From contig CAVSGZ010000013.1 in assembly GCA_963727765.1 (NCBI GenBank), positions 88,491-152,490 on the forward strand: DNA of 64,000 bases, read 5' to 3'. Both the position numbers and the translations under genes were made by a program. This stretch comes from an uncultured Acidobacteriota bacterium. GTDB lineage: Bacteria; Acidobacteriota; Vicinamibacteria; Vicinamibacterales; Fen-181. Positions 21,642 through 32,160 of this stretch are shown one piece after another (position 1 is the stretch's first letter; the number at the start of each line of letters is the position of its first letter). The notes below the pieces were generated by a model. It was not told the origin of the DNA and ran no database searches. It was given only the letters and a program-made list of their open reading frames with translations.

Positions 21642-23138
21642 CTACTTCGCCACTTCCGCCTTGAGCACGACCGGCTCGCCGGCGAACTGCTGCACGACCG
21701 AGAGCACGCCGGTGTAGAGGAAGCCGATCTGGAACAGCATCAGGAACGGCACGGTCGCGTAGATGCCGTTGGCCAGCGCGTAGAACACCGTCCAGGTGAA
21801 GTAGAGGCCCAGCGCCAGCTCGATGAGCGGCTGCACGGCAACCGTCTGGCGGTACTTCTTGGACTGCCACTCGTCGGTGTCGCGCTGCACCACGCCGTAC
21901 TTGGGCGTGCGGGCGAACTCGCTCTTCTTGTCGAGCAGCGCCTCGATGACCGCCTTGGTGTTGTTGACCGAGAGCCCGATGCCGATCGACATCAGGAACG
22001 GCAGGTACTTCAGCCGCGCCTTCCAGGTGAGGGGATATAGCTCCCGCTGCGACACGATGTAGAAGTTGGCCACCGACGCCGTCGCCGCCATGAAGAGCGG
22101 CACGTCGATGAGCAGCATCTCGTACCAGCCCATGTTGTACCGGATCACCATCGACGGGAAGATGAGCAGGCACAGGAGGGTCATGAGCAGGTAGTTGAAG
22201 TTGGCCGTCAGGTGCATGAACGCCTCGGCCTTCACCTCGAACGACGCGTCCGACCGGAGGATGTGCGGCAGCAGCTTCATGCAGGTCTGGATCGACCCCT
22301 TCGCCCAGCGGTGCTGCTGTGACTTGAAGGCGTTCATCTCGACGGGCACCTCGGCCGGCGCCTCGAGGTCGGGCAGGAAGACGAACCGCCAGCCCTTGAG
22401 CTGCGCGCGATAGCTGAGGTCGAGATCCTCGGTGAGCGTGTCGTGCTGCCAGCCGCCGCCGTCGGCGATCGCCTCGGGCCGCCAGATGCCGGCCGTGCCA
22501 TTGAAGTTGAAGAAGCGGCCGGACCGGTTGCGCCCGCCGTGCTCGAGCACGAAGTGGGCGTCGAGCAGGATCGACTGCACCTTGGTCAGCAGCGAGTAAT
22601 CCTGGTTCAGGTGCGTCCAGCGCGCCTGCACCATCGCCACCTTCGGGTCGCCGAAGTGCGGCACGGTCCGCTTCAGGAAGTCGGTCGAGGGGACGAAGTC
22701 GGCGTCGAAGATCGCGACCAAGCGGCCGCGGGCCACCTTGAGGGCGGCGTCGAGCGCGCCGGCCTTGTAGCCGCCACGGTCGTCGCGGTGGATGTACTTG
22801 ATATCGAAACCCTGGGCGCTATAACGCTGCGCCGCCAGCCTGGCGATGTCCTGCGTCTCGTCGGTCGAGTCGTCGAGGATCTGGATTTCGAGCTGCTCTT
22901 TCGGGTAGTCCATCCGGCAGACGGCCTCGACCAGCCGGTCCACCACGTACATTTCGTTGAAGAGCGGCAGCTGCACCGTCACCGGGGGCCAGGCCTCGGG
23001 ATCGACAGGCGTCGCGACTTTGTCCCCCTTGTGCTTCATGTAAAGATACACAAGGTAGTAGCGATGCCAGCCGTACACGGCCAGGATACTCAGGATGAAG
23101 AAGTAGGCCCCGAGAATCAGGGTTTCAGTCGCCGTCAT
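21642..23138 (-). CDS. Family 2 processive beta-glycosyltransferase (CslA/cellulose-synthase-like membrane enzyme)
   Basis: 498 aa with '[10 protein letters not shown]', 'ILDDSTD', 'IFDADF', 'LTEDLDLS' and the 'QQHRW' motif, plus TM helices at both ends. Confidence 0.8.
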   Translation of the reverse strand: MTATETLILGAYFFILSILAVYGWHRYYLVYLYMKHKGDKVATPVDPEAWPPVTVQLPLFNEMYVVDRLVEAVCRMDYPKEQLEIQILDDSTDETQDIARLAAQRYSAQGFDIKYIHRDDRGGYKAGALDAALKVARGRLVAIFDADFVPSTDFLKRTVPHFGDPKVAMVQARWTHLNQDYSLLTKVQSILLDAHFVLEHGGRNRSGRFFNFNGTAGIWRPEAIADGGGWQHDTLTEDLDLSYRAQLKGWRFVFLPDLEAPAEVPVEMNAFKSQQHRWAKGSIQTCMKLLPHILRSDASFEVKAEAFMHLTANFNYLLMTLLCLLIFPSMVIRYNMGWYEMLLIDVPLFMAATASVANFYIVSQRELYPLTWKARLKYLPFLMSIGIGLSVNNTKAVIEALLDKKSEFARTPKYGVVQRDTDEWQSKKYRQTVAVQPLIELALGLYFTWTVFYALANGIYATVPFLMLFQIGFLYTGVLSVVQQFAGEPVVLKAEVAK

Positions 23139-23230
23139 AGCAGCAGGGTCCCTCAGTCGCCACGAAACGTTCGATTATACCGCCAAGCCTCAGCCGGTCC
23201 AACCGTCTTCACGAGGCACCGGAGCCGCCG

Positions 23231-23989
23231 ATGAATCTGCCGCCCCTCCGCGACCTGCTCGAGCAAGTCTCTCGCGGCACCCTCCAGGCCGCCGATGCCG
23301 AGGGCCGCCTGCTGGAGTACCTTCGGGCGCTGCCGTTCGAAGATCTGGGTTTTGCCCGCGTCGATCACCATCGGGCGCTCAGGCAGGGGTTTCCCGAGGT
23401 CGTCCTTGGTACAGGCAAGACTCCGGCCCACATTGCCGCCATCGCCGCTCGCATCGTCAGCCGGGGCCATTCCCTCCTCGTGACACGAACGGATGAGGTG
23501 GCTTTCGCCGCGCTGAAGGCCGAGGTGCCAGGCGCCGTCTTCCACCCTGACGCCAGGGCTATCACGCTGCAACAAAAGGACATCTCGCCTGGGCACGGCA
23601 TCGTCCTGGTCGCCGCTGCCGGCACGTCGGACCGTCCCGTCGCGGAGGAGGCCGTGGTGACCGCCGAGCTGATGGGCAACCAGGTCGAACGGCTCTACGA
23701 CGTCGGCGTGTCCGGCCTGCACCGCCTCCTGAGCGCGCACGATCGCCTCACTGCGGCGCGCGTGATCGTCGTCGTCGCCGGGATGGAGGGCGCACTGCCC
23801 AGCGTCATTGGCGGGCTCGTCAGCGTTCCGATCATCGCCGTGCCCACGAGCGTTGGCTACGGGGCGAGCTTTGGCGGTGTCGCCGCCCTGCTCGGGATGC
23901 TGAACAGCTGCGCCAGCGGCGTCTCTGTTGTAAATATCGACAACGGGTTCGGCGCAGCGACGATCGCAAGCCTTATCAATCATTTGTAG
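23231..23989 (+). CDS. larB: Nickel-pincer cofactor biosynthesis protein LarB (PurE-like carboxylase/hydrolase)
   Basis: 252 aa with '[12 protein letters not shown]', '[13 protein letters not shown]' and '[32 protein letters not shown]'. Confidence 0.75.
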   Translation: MNLPPLRDLLEQVSRGTLQAADAEGRLLEYLRALPFEDLGFARVDHHRALRQGFPEVVLGTGKTPAHIAAIAARIVSRGHSLLVTRTDEVAFAALKAEVPGAVFHPDARAITLQQKDISPGHGIVLVAAAGTSDRPVAEEAVVTAELMGNQVERLYDVGVSGLHRLLSAHDRLTAARVIVVVAGMEGALPSVIGGLVSVPIIAVPTSVGYGASFGGVAALLGMLNSCASGVSVVNIDNGFGAATIASLINHL

Positions 23990-24096
23990 GGATCGCAAGA
24001 TTCCATCCTGTGCTAGCATAAGAGGTTGCCTCTGCCAATGTGGCTGGCAGACCGACGCGTACTTCGGCTTCCCTCAAACCGGCCTCCAACCCCGAT

Positions 24097-26655
24097 ATGC
24101 AGCGAGCTGCGCAGCACGCCCTGGAGTTTGATCGCATCGTCGAGGCCGTGCGCAGTTACGCCGCGACCCCGCTCGGTCGCGAGCGCCTCGCAGGGCTTCG
24201 GCCGCAGCCCGATCCGCGCCGCGTCGCGCAGTCGCTCGGCGCGACGACCGAGGGGACGCGCTACCTCGCCGACGGCGGGCTCTTCCCACTGCAGGCGCCG
24301 GCCGACATCGGCGCGACGCTCGCCGCGCTGGCCGTGGAGGGCCGCCCGCTCGAGCCATTGCGGCTCCTCGGGCTCGCTGATTTCCTCGACTCGCTCGAGC
24401 AGACGCGCACCGCCGTCAAGCGGGCCGCGGGCAGCTACCCGTTCCTCTCGTCGCTCGTGGACGCGGCCGCGTCGTTCAAGGCCGAAGTGGCCGACATCCG
24501 CCACAAGATCGATGCGGGCGGCGAGGTCAACGACCACGCGAGCGGTGAGCTCCGGGCCATCCGCGACCGCCTGAGAAAGCAGCGCGCGCGGCTGAGGACA
24601 ACGCTCGAGTCGTACCTGCGCGGCCGCGACACCTCCCGCTACCTGCAGGACCAGATCGTCACCGACCGCAACGGCCGCTACGTGCTCGTCGTGCGCGCCG
24701 AGCACCGGGCCGCGATTCCCGGCATCATCCACGGCAGCTCGGCGAGCGGCGCCAGCCTGTTTCTCGAGCCGCTCAGCACGGTCGAGATCAACAACGACGT
24801 CGTTGCCCTCGAAGAGCAGGAGGCCGCCGAGGTCCATCGGATCCTCCTCGCGCTGACCGACGCGTTCCGCCGCAGGGCGGTCGATCTCCAGCGGACGCTG
24901 GAAGCCGCCACCGAGCTGGATGTCGTGCAGGCCAAGGCGAGGTTCTCGCAGGTGGTCGGCGGCGTCGAGCCGGTGATGTCGAACGACGGCGGCATCGAAC
25001 TGCGATCGGCCCGGCATCCGCTGCTGATTCGGGCGGTCGCGGAGCGGCTGGCATCGGTCGACGAGGACAAAGGGGCCGCCGAGGGACCTGACGCGGCGCA
25101 GGCTTCGGGAGAGTCCGGGCCGTCGGCGGGACTGGCCGCGCCGCGCTCGGATCCGCGTGCGGCCGAACCGGTCCCGGTCGATATGCTGCTGACGCCGCCG
25201 GCCAGCGTGCTCATCGTCACTGGGCCAAACACCGGCGGCAAGACCGTGGCGCTCAAAACGACCGGATTGCTGGCGCTGATGGCGCAGGCGGGACTGCACG
25301 TCCCGGCCGCGCCCGGATCCCGGCTGCCGGTCTTCCGCAGCGTCTTCGCCGACATCGGCGACGAGCAGTCGATCGCCGCCAGCCTGAGCACCTTCTCGTG
25401 GCACGTCACCAACATCGTCGGCATGGACCGGATGCTGGCGCTGCCAGCGCTGGTGCTGTTCGACGAGCTCGGCTCGGGCACCGACCCTGGCGAGGGGGGC
25501 GCGCTGGCCACGGCCGTGGTCGACCACTTCAAGTCGCGCGGGGCGATGGTCGTCTGCACGAGCCACAGCGACGCGGTCAAGACGTACGCGACGACCACAC
25601 CGGGCGTGACGGTGGCGGCGTTCGGCTTCGATCCCGAGACGTTCGCGCCCAGCTACCGCCTGGTCTACGGGTCCCCGGGCCGGAGCCTGGCGCTCGAGAT
25701 CGCCGGCCGGATCGGCCTCGGCGCCGCGATCCTCGTCAAGGCGCGTCAGAACCTGAGCGAGCGGGATGCGCAGCTGGCCGAGCATCTGGCGAAGATCGAC
25801 CAGAACCTGCACGACCTCGACCACGAGCGGCGGCTCGTCGCCCGCGAGCGCCAGGTGCTCGGCGAGTCGGAGTCGCGCCTGAAGGCGCGTGAAGAGGGGC
25901 TGCGGCAGCGCGAGGAGACCTTGCGCCGCCGGACCGAGGACCGGCTGGACGAGCGGCTCCGCGACGCCAGGCGCGAGATCGATCAAATCGTCGAGGACCT
26001 GAAGAAGAAGGCGGCGGAGATGACGGCGCAGGCCGAGCGGCAGCTCGCCAAGCGCACGCTCGGCGGCCCGACGATCTCGACCGGCGACGCCGGGACGGCG
26101 CGCCTCGAGGCGAGGCTCGCGGTGGAGGCGGCCGCCGCGCGGTTCCACGGCGGGGAGGCTCCGCGCGCCGAGGCGCCGGCGCTGGTCCAGGCGCGCCCGT
26201 CGGTGGGCGACCGCGTCACGGTGGCCGGCCTCGGGCTCGAAGGCACGCTGGCCGCCATCCATGGCGACGATGCGGAGATCGACATGCAGGGGAAGCGGCT
26301 GAGGGCGAGGCTCGCCGATCTTCGACTGGTGTCGAAGGGCGCCCCGGGCACCCCCGCGAGCGCGGGCAAGGTCAACGTGAACCTGCAGCTGCAGCCGCGC
26401 GGGGATGGGGCGACCGTCGACCTCAACGTCATCGGCTGTACCGTCGAAGAGGCGCTGTCTCGGACCGAGCGGTTCCTCGACGAGACACTGCTGACCGACC
26501 AGCGCACGATCCGCGTGATTCACGGATACGGCACGGGACAGCTCCGGCGCGCGATCGCTGAGTACCTGAGGAACCACCCGCTGGTGGCGAGCTACCAGCA
26601 GGCGGCGCCCGAGAAGGGCGGCGGCGGCGTGACGGTGGTGGAGTTGAAGGAGTAG
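24097..26655 (+). CDS. mutS2: Endonuclease MutS2 (MutS domain V ATPase plus C-terminal Smr domain)
   Basis: Walker A 'TGPNTGGKT', 'LFDELGSGTDP', and an Smr domain 'IRVIHGYGTGQLRRAI' at the C-terminus. Confidence 0.9.
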   Translation: MQRAAQHALEFDRIVEAVRSYAATPLGRERLAGLRPQPDPRRVAQSLGATTEGTRYLADGGLFPLQAPADIGATLAALAVEGRPLEPLRLLGLADFLDSLEQTRTAVKRAAGSYPFLSSLVDAAASFKAEVADIRHKIDAGGEVNDHASGELRAIRDRLRKQRARLRTTLESYLRGRDTSRYLQDQIVTDRNGRYVLVVRAEHRAAIPGIIHGSSASGASLFLEPLSTVEINNDVVALEEQEAAEVHRILLALTDAFRRRAVDLQRTLEAATELDVVQAKARFSQVVGGVEPVMSNDGGIELRSARHPLLIRAVAERLASVDEDKGAAEGPDAAQASGESGPSAGLAAPRSDPRAAEPVPVDMLLTPPASVLIVTGPNTGGKTVALKTTGLLALMAQAGLHVPAAPGSRLPVFRSVFADIGDEQSIAASLSTFSWHVTNIVGMDRMLALPALVLFDELGSGTDPGEGGALATAVVDHFKSRGAMVVCTSHSDAVKTYATTTPGVTVAAFGFDPETFAPSYRLVYGSPGRSLALEIAGRIGLGAAILVKARQNLSERDAQLAEHLAKIDQNLHDLDHERRLVARERQVLGESESRLKAREEGLRQREETLRRRTEDRLDERLRDARREIDQIVEDLKKKAAEMTAQAERQLAKRTLGGPTISTGDAGTARLEARLAVEAAAARFHGGEAPRAEAPALVQARPSVGDRVTVAGLGLEGTLAAIHGDDAEIDMQGKRLRARLADLRLVSKGAPGTPASAGKVNVNLQLQPRGDGATVDLNVIGCTVEEALSRTERFLDETLLTDQRTIRVIHGYGTGQLRRAIAEYLRNHPLVASYQQAAPEKGGGGVTVVELKE

Positions 26656-26658
26656 GGA

Positions 26659-28416
26659 TTGGCCCTGTTCCCGCACAGCTTCATCGACGACCTGCGCGCC
26701 CGCGCCGACATCGTCGCGGTCGTGCAGGACTATGTGCCGCTGAAGAAGTCGGGGGCGACGTGGAAGGGGCTGTGCCCGTTTCACGGCGAGAAGACGCCGT
26801 CGTTCCACGTGAACCCGGACAAGGGCTTCTTCTACTGCTTCGGCTGCCAGGCGGGCGGCGACGTCTTCAAGTTCGTCGAGCTGCAGGAGAAGGTTGCGTT
26901 TCCCGACGCGGTGCGGATCGTCGCGCACAAGTTCGGGATGACCGTGCCCGAGCCGACGGGTGCCGACGAGAGCGACAGCGTCGAGCGAGAGACGCTGCTC
27001 AAGATCCACGAGGCCGCCGTCGCCCGGTTCCGGGAACAGTTGGCCTCGCCCTCGGGCGGCGCGGCGCGGCGGCAGATGGCCTCGCGTGGGATCAGCCCGG
27101 AGACGATCGAGCGTCTCGCGCTGGGATTCGCGCTGCCCTCCCGCGACGCGCTGAAGACGGCGCTCGTCAAGCAGGGTTTCGACCTGCCGCTGCTCGTGAA
27201 GAGCGGGCTGGTGGTCGAGCGCGAGGACGGACAGACGGTCGATCGGTTCCGCGGGCGGCTGATGATTCCGATCTGCCGCGACAGCGGGTCGGTGGTGGCC
27301 TTCGGCGGCCGCGCGATGGAGGCCGAGCAGCAGCCGAAGTACCTGAATTCGCCGGAGACGCCGATCTACTCGAAGGGGCGCACGCTCTACGGGCTGCACC
27401 TGACGAAGACGGACATCCGGCGCGTGGGCTACGCGGTGCTGGTCGAGGGGTACTTCGATTTCGCCGTGGCGCTGCAGGCCGGCGTGACGACGGTCGTCGC
27501 CTCGTGCGGCACGGCGCTGACCGTGCAGCAGGCGCACTTGCTGCGGCGCTTCACGTCGAAGGTCGTGCTCAGCTACGACCCCGACGCGGCCGGGCAAGGC
27601 GCGGCGGAGCGGTCGTCGCTGCTGCTCGTGCAGGAAGGATTTCTGGTGAACGTCGCCCTGCTGCCGCCGGGCGACGACCCGGACGGCTTCATCAGGAAGA
27701 ACGGCGTGGCCGCGTACCTGGATCTCGTCAAGGGCTCGCGTCCGTACGTCGAGTACCTGATCGACCGGGCGGCACAGGGGAAGGACTTCGGCAGCGACGA
27801 AGTGCGGCGCGAGTTCCTCAACCGGATGCTGCCCGTCGCGGCGCAGATTCCGGATGCCGCCGGCCGTGACCAGTTCGCCGATCGGCTGGCGCACAAGGCA
27901 CGCGTCACCGAGGACGTGGTTCGCGCCGAGATTCGCAAGGCCGCCGTCGATCGCCGGACCACGCTGACCGCGAGGGAACTGCCGAGCTTCGGTCAGATCC
28001 GGCCGGCCGAGCGCGGTCTCATCTGGGCCGTCTTCCACGACGAGGACGGGGTGCGGGCGGCGCTCGAACGGCTCGGCGGCGAGGATTTCGAGGTGCTGCT
28101 GACGAGGAGAATCCTGGAAGTGGCCCAGGGACTCTACGAAAGCGGCGCTGAAGACGTACCGTCGGCGCTTCTGGCGCGTCTAAACAGTGAAGAGGCTCGC
28201 CTGGTGACCAGCATCGCAGCCGTGGCAGACCGGCCGGTGCCGGCCGACGAGTCGGCGGACGAATTGAGGCTGATGCGCTTCGAGCGGGAGCGCGCCGGCC
28301 TGCAGCGCGAGATCGAGCGCCTTCAGTCGGAAGGCGGACGCGCCGAGCGGCTTGAAGAGTTGGCACAAAGGAAAGTGGAGCTGAGCCGGGACATCGACCG
28401 GCTCAGGACGGCCTGA
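26659..28416 (+). CDS. dnaG: DNA primase
   Basis: TTG start. Zinc-ribbon 'CPFHGEKTPSFHV...FYCFGCQAGGD', the RNA-polymerase core, and the Toprim 'YAVLVEGYFD' and 'LSYDPDAAG'. Confidence 0.9.
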   Translation: MALFPHSFIDDLRARADIVAVVQDYVPLKKSGATWKGLCPFHGEKTPSFHVNPDKGFFYCFGCQAGGDVFKFVELQEKVAFPDAVRIVAHKFGMTVPEPTGADESDSVERETLLKIHEAAVARFREQLASPSGGAARRQMASRGISPETIERLALGFALPSRDALKTALVKQGFDLPLLVKSGLVVEREDGQTVDRFRGRLMIPICRDSGSVVAFGGRAMEAEQQPKYLNSPETPIYSKGRTLYGLHLTKTDIRRVGYAVLVEGYFDFAVALQAGVTTVVASCGTALTVQQAHLLRRFTSKVVLSYDPDAAGQGAAERSSLLLVQEGFLVNVALLPPGDDPDGFIRKNGVAAYLDLVKGSRPYVEYLIDRAAQGKDFGSDEVRREFLNRMLPVAAQIPDAAGRDQFADRLAHKARVTEDVVRAEIRKAAVDRRTTLTARELPSFGQIRPAERGLIWAVFHDEDGVRAALERLGGEDFEVLLTRRILEVAQGLYESGAEDVPSALLARLNSEEARLVTSIAAVADRPVPADESADELRLMRFERERAGLQREIERLQSEGGRAERLEELAQRKVELSRDIDRLRTA

Positions 28417-28462
28417 ACGGCGGGCCGGCCCGTGAACCTCAGGATTTCGAGGAGGACTGCCC

Positions 28463-30145
<1,683 letters not shown>

Positions 30146-30165
30146 GCCGGACCGATCGTGTGTAG

Positions 30166-30190
30166 GCCGGGTCTTCAGACCCGGCGCTTT
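30166..30190 (+). terminator. Hairpin downstream of rpoD (first of two)
   Basis: GCCGGGTC (30166-30173) pairs with GACCCGGC (30178-30185) across the loop TTCA. It is followed by GCTTTGC. Confidence 0.45.
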
Positions 30191-30210
30191 GCATGATGAA
30201 CGGCATGAGA

Positions 30211-30240
30211 GGCGCCGGAGATCTATCCGGCGCCTTCTTC
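30211..30240 (+). terminator. Rho-independent terminator (second hairpin after rpoD)
   Basis: GGCGCCGGA (30211-30219) pairs with TCCGGCGCC (30226-30234) across a 6-nt loop. It is followed by TTCTTC. Confidence 0.55.
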
Positions 30241-30395
30241 GTGTACGCCCGGCCGCCACGGATGTGGTGGCTACTCGGCTCCCGTGCGTCTGGCGCCCAC
30301 GGGCGGCGCGATGCGCTATTCTGCTGGATGGCACACTTCAACAGAAGGATGCTCCGCTCGCTAGGATTTCCCCCAGGAGGGAAAGAGGCACATCG

Positions 30396-30833
30396 ATGTC
30401 ACTCGGCGAGGACCGGAAGGACATGCTCACGCGATTCATCCGCGACGTGTGGAGCGAGGGACACGTCGCAGCGACGGAGAAGTACGTCGCGGCGAGGTAC
30501 ACGATTCATCACGATCCGGGCGACCCGTGGGAAGGCCGCGAACTCGATCTCGCGGGCTACAAGGACCGCGTGGCCATCTCGCGCGCGGCGTTCCCGGATC
30601 AGCGCTTCGACATACAGGAACTGTTCGCCGACGGGAACGCGGTCGTGATGACGTGGCTGTGGGCCGGCACGCACAAGGGCGACATCCCAGGGTTTCCCGC
30701 GACGGGAAAGCCGATCCGGATGTCGGGCGCGACGGTCTACTACTTCGAAGGCAATCGGCTTACCGGGCACTGGCAGATTACCGATCGCCTGGGGGTCTAC
30801 CAGCAATTGCGGCAGGCGTCCGCAGGCGCCTGA
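30396..30833 (+). CDS. SnoaL-like ester cyclase/polyketide-cyclase-fold protein
   Basis: 145 aa. 'FIRDVWSEGHVAATEKYVAARYTIHHDP...GTHKGDIPGFPATGKPIRMSGATVYYFEGNRLTGHWQITD' matches the ester-cyclase (SnoaL_2-like) pattern. Confidence 0.7.
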   Translation: MSLGEDRKDMLTRFIRDVWSEGHVAATEKYVAARYTIHHDPGDPWEGRELDLAGYKDRVAISRAAFPDQRFDIQELFADGNAVVMTWLWAGTHKGDIPGFPATGKPIRMSGATVYYFEGNRLTGHWQITDRLGVYQQLRQASAGA

Positions 30834-30935
30834 CCCCCGCCGAAGCTGGGCGACATCGCGCGAGTGGCGCAGCCGCAGACCGTAAGCCGCGATCCGTACG
30901 CCGCTGAGGGCCTGGAGGCCGGAGCCGAAAGCCGT

Positions 30936-31496
30936 CTATCGGGCCGGCCGAGCCGTGGCTCGGCATGACGGTGAGGCCAGCAACGGCTGGATCTCCCGCT
31001 CAAACACGGACACATCGGTCTCGCCCGCATGGTGGCTGTAGATCCGCCCGTCGCACCCGATGACCAGGGCCACCGGCAGACCGAGAATCCCCCCGTAGCG
31101 CTCGGCGAGCGCGGCGTCGCCGATAGCCACCGGATAGTTCATCCCGAGCTGCTGGTAGAACTCCCGGACGGCTGCCGGGTCATCGTCGAGAGAGATGCCA
31201 ATGACCTGAAGACCCCGGTCGCGGTATCTGTTCTGCAAGTCGACGAAATGCGGGATCTCGGTCCGGCAGGGGGCGCACCAGGTCGCCCAGAAGTCCAGCA
31301 GGACTACCTTGCCGCGAAAGGCGGCGAGGTCGAGCGTCTTCCCGCTCAGTTCGGTCAGCGAAAACTCCGGCGCCAGTTGGCGGGCGACGGTTGCGTCGCC
31401 CGGACGAGGTCCGGCGGCCTTCCGCCAATACGGCCGCGAGAGATATGCGCCGAACGCCAGGGCGACAGCCAGGACAAGGGCAATTCGAGTCTTCAC
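30936..31496 (-). CDS. TlpA-family thiol:disulfide oxidoreductase (thioredoxin fold, membrane-anchored)
   Basis: N-terminal anchor plus 'VVLLDFWATWCAPCRTEIPHF' (WCxxC active site). Confidence 0.85.
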   Translation of the reverse strand: MKTRIALVLAVALAFGAYLSRPYWRKAAGPRPGDATVARQLAPEFSLTELSGKTLDLAAFRGKVVLLDFWATWCAPCRTEIPHFVDLQNRYRDRGLQVIGISLDDDPAAVREFYQQLGMNYPVAIGDAALAERYGGILGLPVALVIGCDGRIYSHHAGETDVSVFEREIQPLLASPSCRATARPAR

Positions 31497-31541
31497 CGTC
31501 CCCCTCTCAAACCGGTTCCGGTCGCCGGAGACTCCGCGAGG

Positions 31542-32006
31542 CTACTGCCCTCTCGTCACCGGGTATCCCTTCTGGACCCAGTCGACGCCGAAGTTGCGAG
31601 GGATGTAGAGCGCCTTCACGTTGGTGAACCCCATGGCCTGAAGCGTGTCGTAGGCGGGATGGACGACGGGGCACTGATGCCACGGACAGCATCCGCAGTA
31701 GATCACGATCGGCTGCGTGCGCGGCAGTTTCTCGACGCGCTGGCGCAGCATCCGAAGGCCGTCCGGGCTCGAGGCTGGGCCGACATACTCAGAGCTGGGG
31801 ATGTGCGCCTGCAGGTACAGAACGTAGAAACCAACCTGGAGGACGAGCGGCTTGGGACCGCTTGGCGCTTTCAGGATGTTGACCAGGTCCGTCGGCTGGA
31901 TCAGTGGCGGTTCAGCGGCCGTCGATGTGGTCGCGGTACAGGAAACCGAAGCCAGGAGAGCGACCACAATGGAACTCAGCAGGGCGCGCGGGCGGATGGA
32001 ATTCAC
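31542..32006 (-). CDS. Rhodanese-like domain lipoprotein/secreted protein
   Basis: GTG at 32006 preceded by a GGAGG SD. Signal 'ALLSSIVVALLASVSC'. Rhodanese-like core with the active-site-like loop 'IVIYCGCCPWHQCP'. Confidence 0.6.
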   Translation of the reverse strand: MNSIRPRALLSSIVVALLASVSCTATTSTAAEPPLIQPTDLVNILKAPSGPKPLVLQVGFYVLYLQAHIPSSEYVGPASSPDGLRMLRQRVEKLPRTQPIVIYCGCCPWHQCPVVHPAYDTLQAMGFTNVKALYIPRNFGVDWVQKGYPVTRGQ

Positions 32007-32057
32007 AGGGCCTCCCCTACCAAGGTTAGCATCCCCGGTCGGCCCCACGATCGTCTC

Positions 32058-32089
32058 ATCTTGCGATCGTGCGATCTTGCGATGTGGCT
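32058..32089. repeat. 8-nt tandem array (ATCTTGCG ATCGTGCG ATCTTGCG ATGTGGCT)
   Basis: Read directly. It lies in the intergenic region between the MFS stop and the rhodanese-like start. Confidence 0.6.
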
Positions 32090-32110
32090 CACGGGCCGCG
32101 GAGCGCGGCC

Positions 32111-32160
32111 CTGAGCCTTGAGCCGTGAGCCCTAAGCCTCCTGGCCTTGAGCCCTCGGCC
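32111..32160. repeat. Heptamer array of TGAGCC-type units (CTGAGCC TTGAGCC GTGAGCC CTAAGCC ... TTGAGCC)
   Basis: Read directly. It overlaps the 3' end of the MFS gene. Similar GTGAGCC units occur at 55801-55828 in reverse complement. Confidence 0.6.

Noticed and set aside
24013-28038. 1341-aa ORF on the minus strand spanning mutS2 and dnaG
   Set aside because: It is antisense to two genes with clear, motif-rich translations. Its own translation is Arg/Ala/Gly/Pro-rich with no motifs. It is a typical stop-codon-poor shadow ORF of high-GC DNA.
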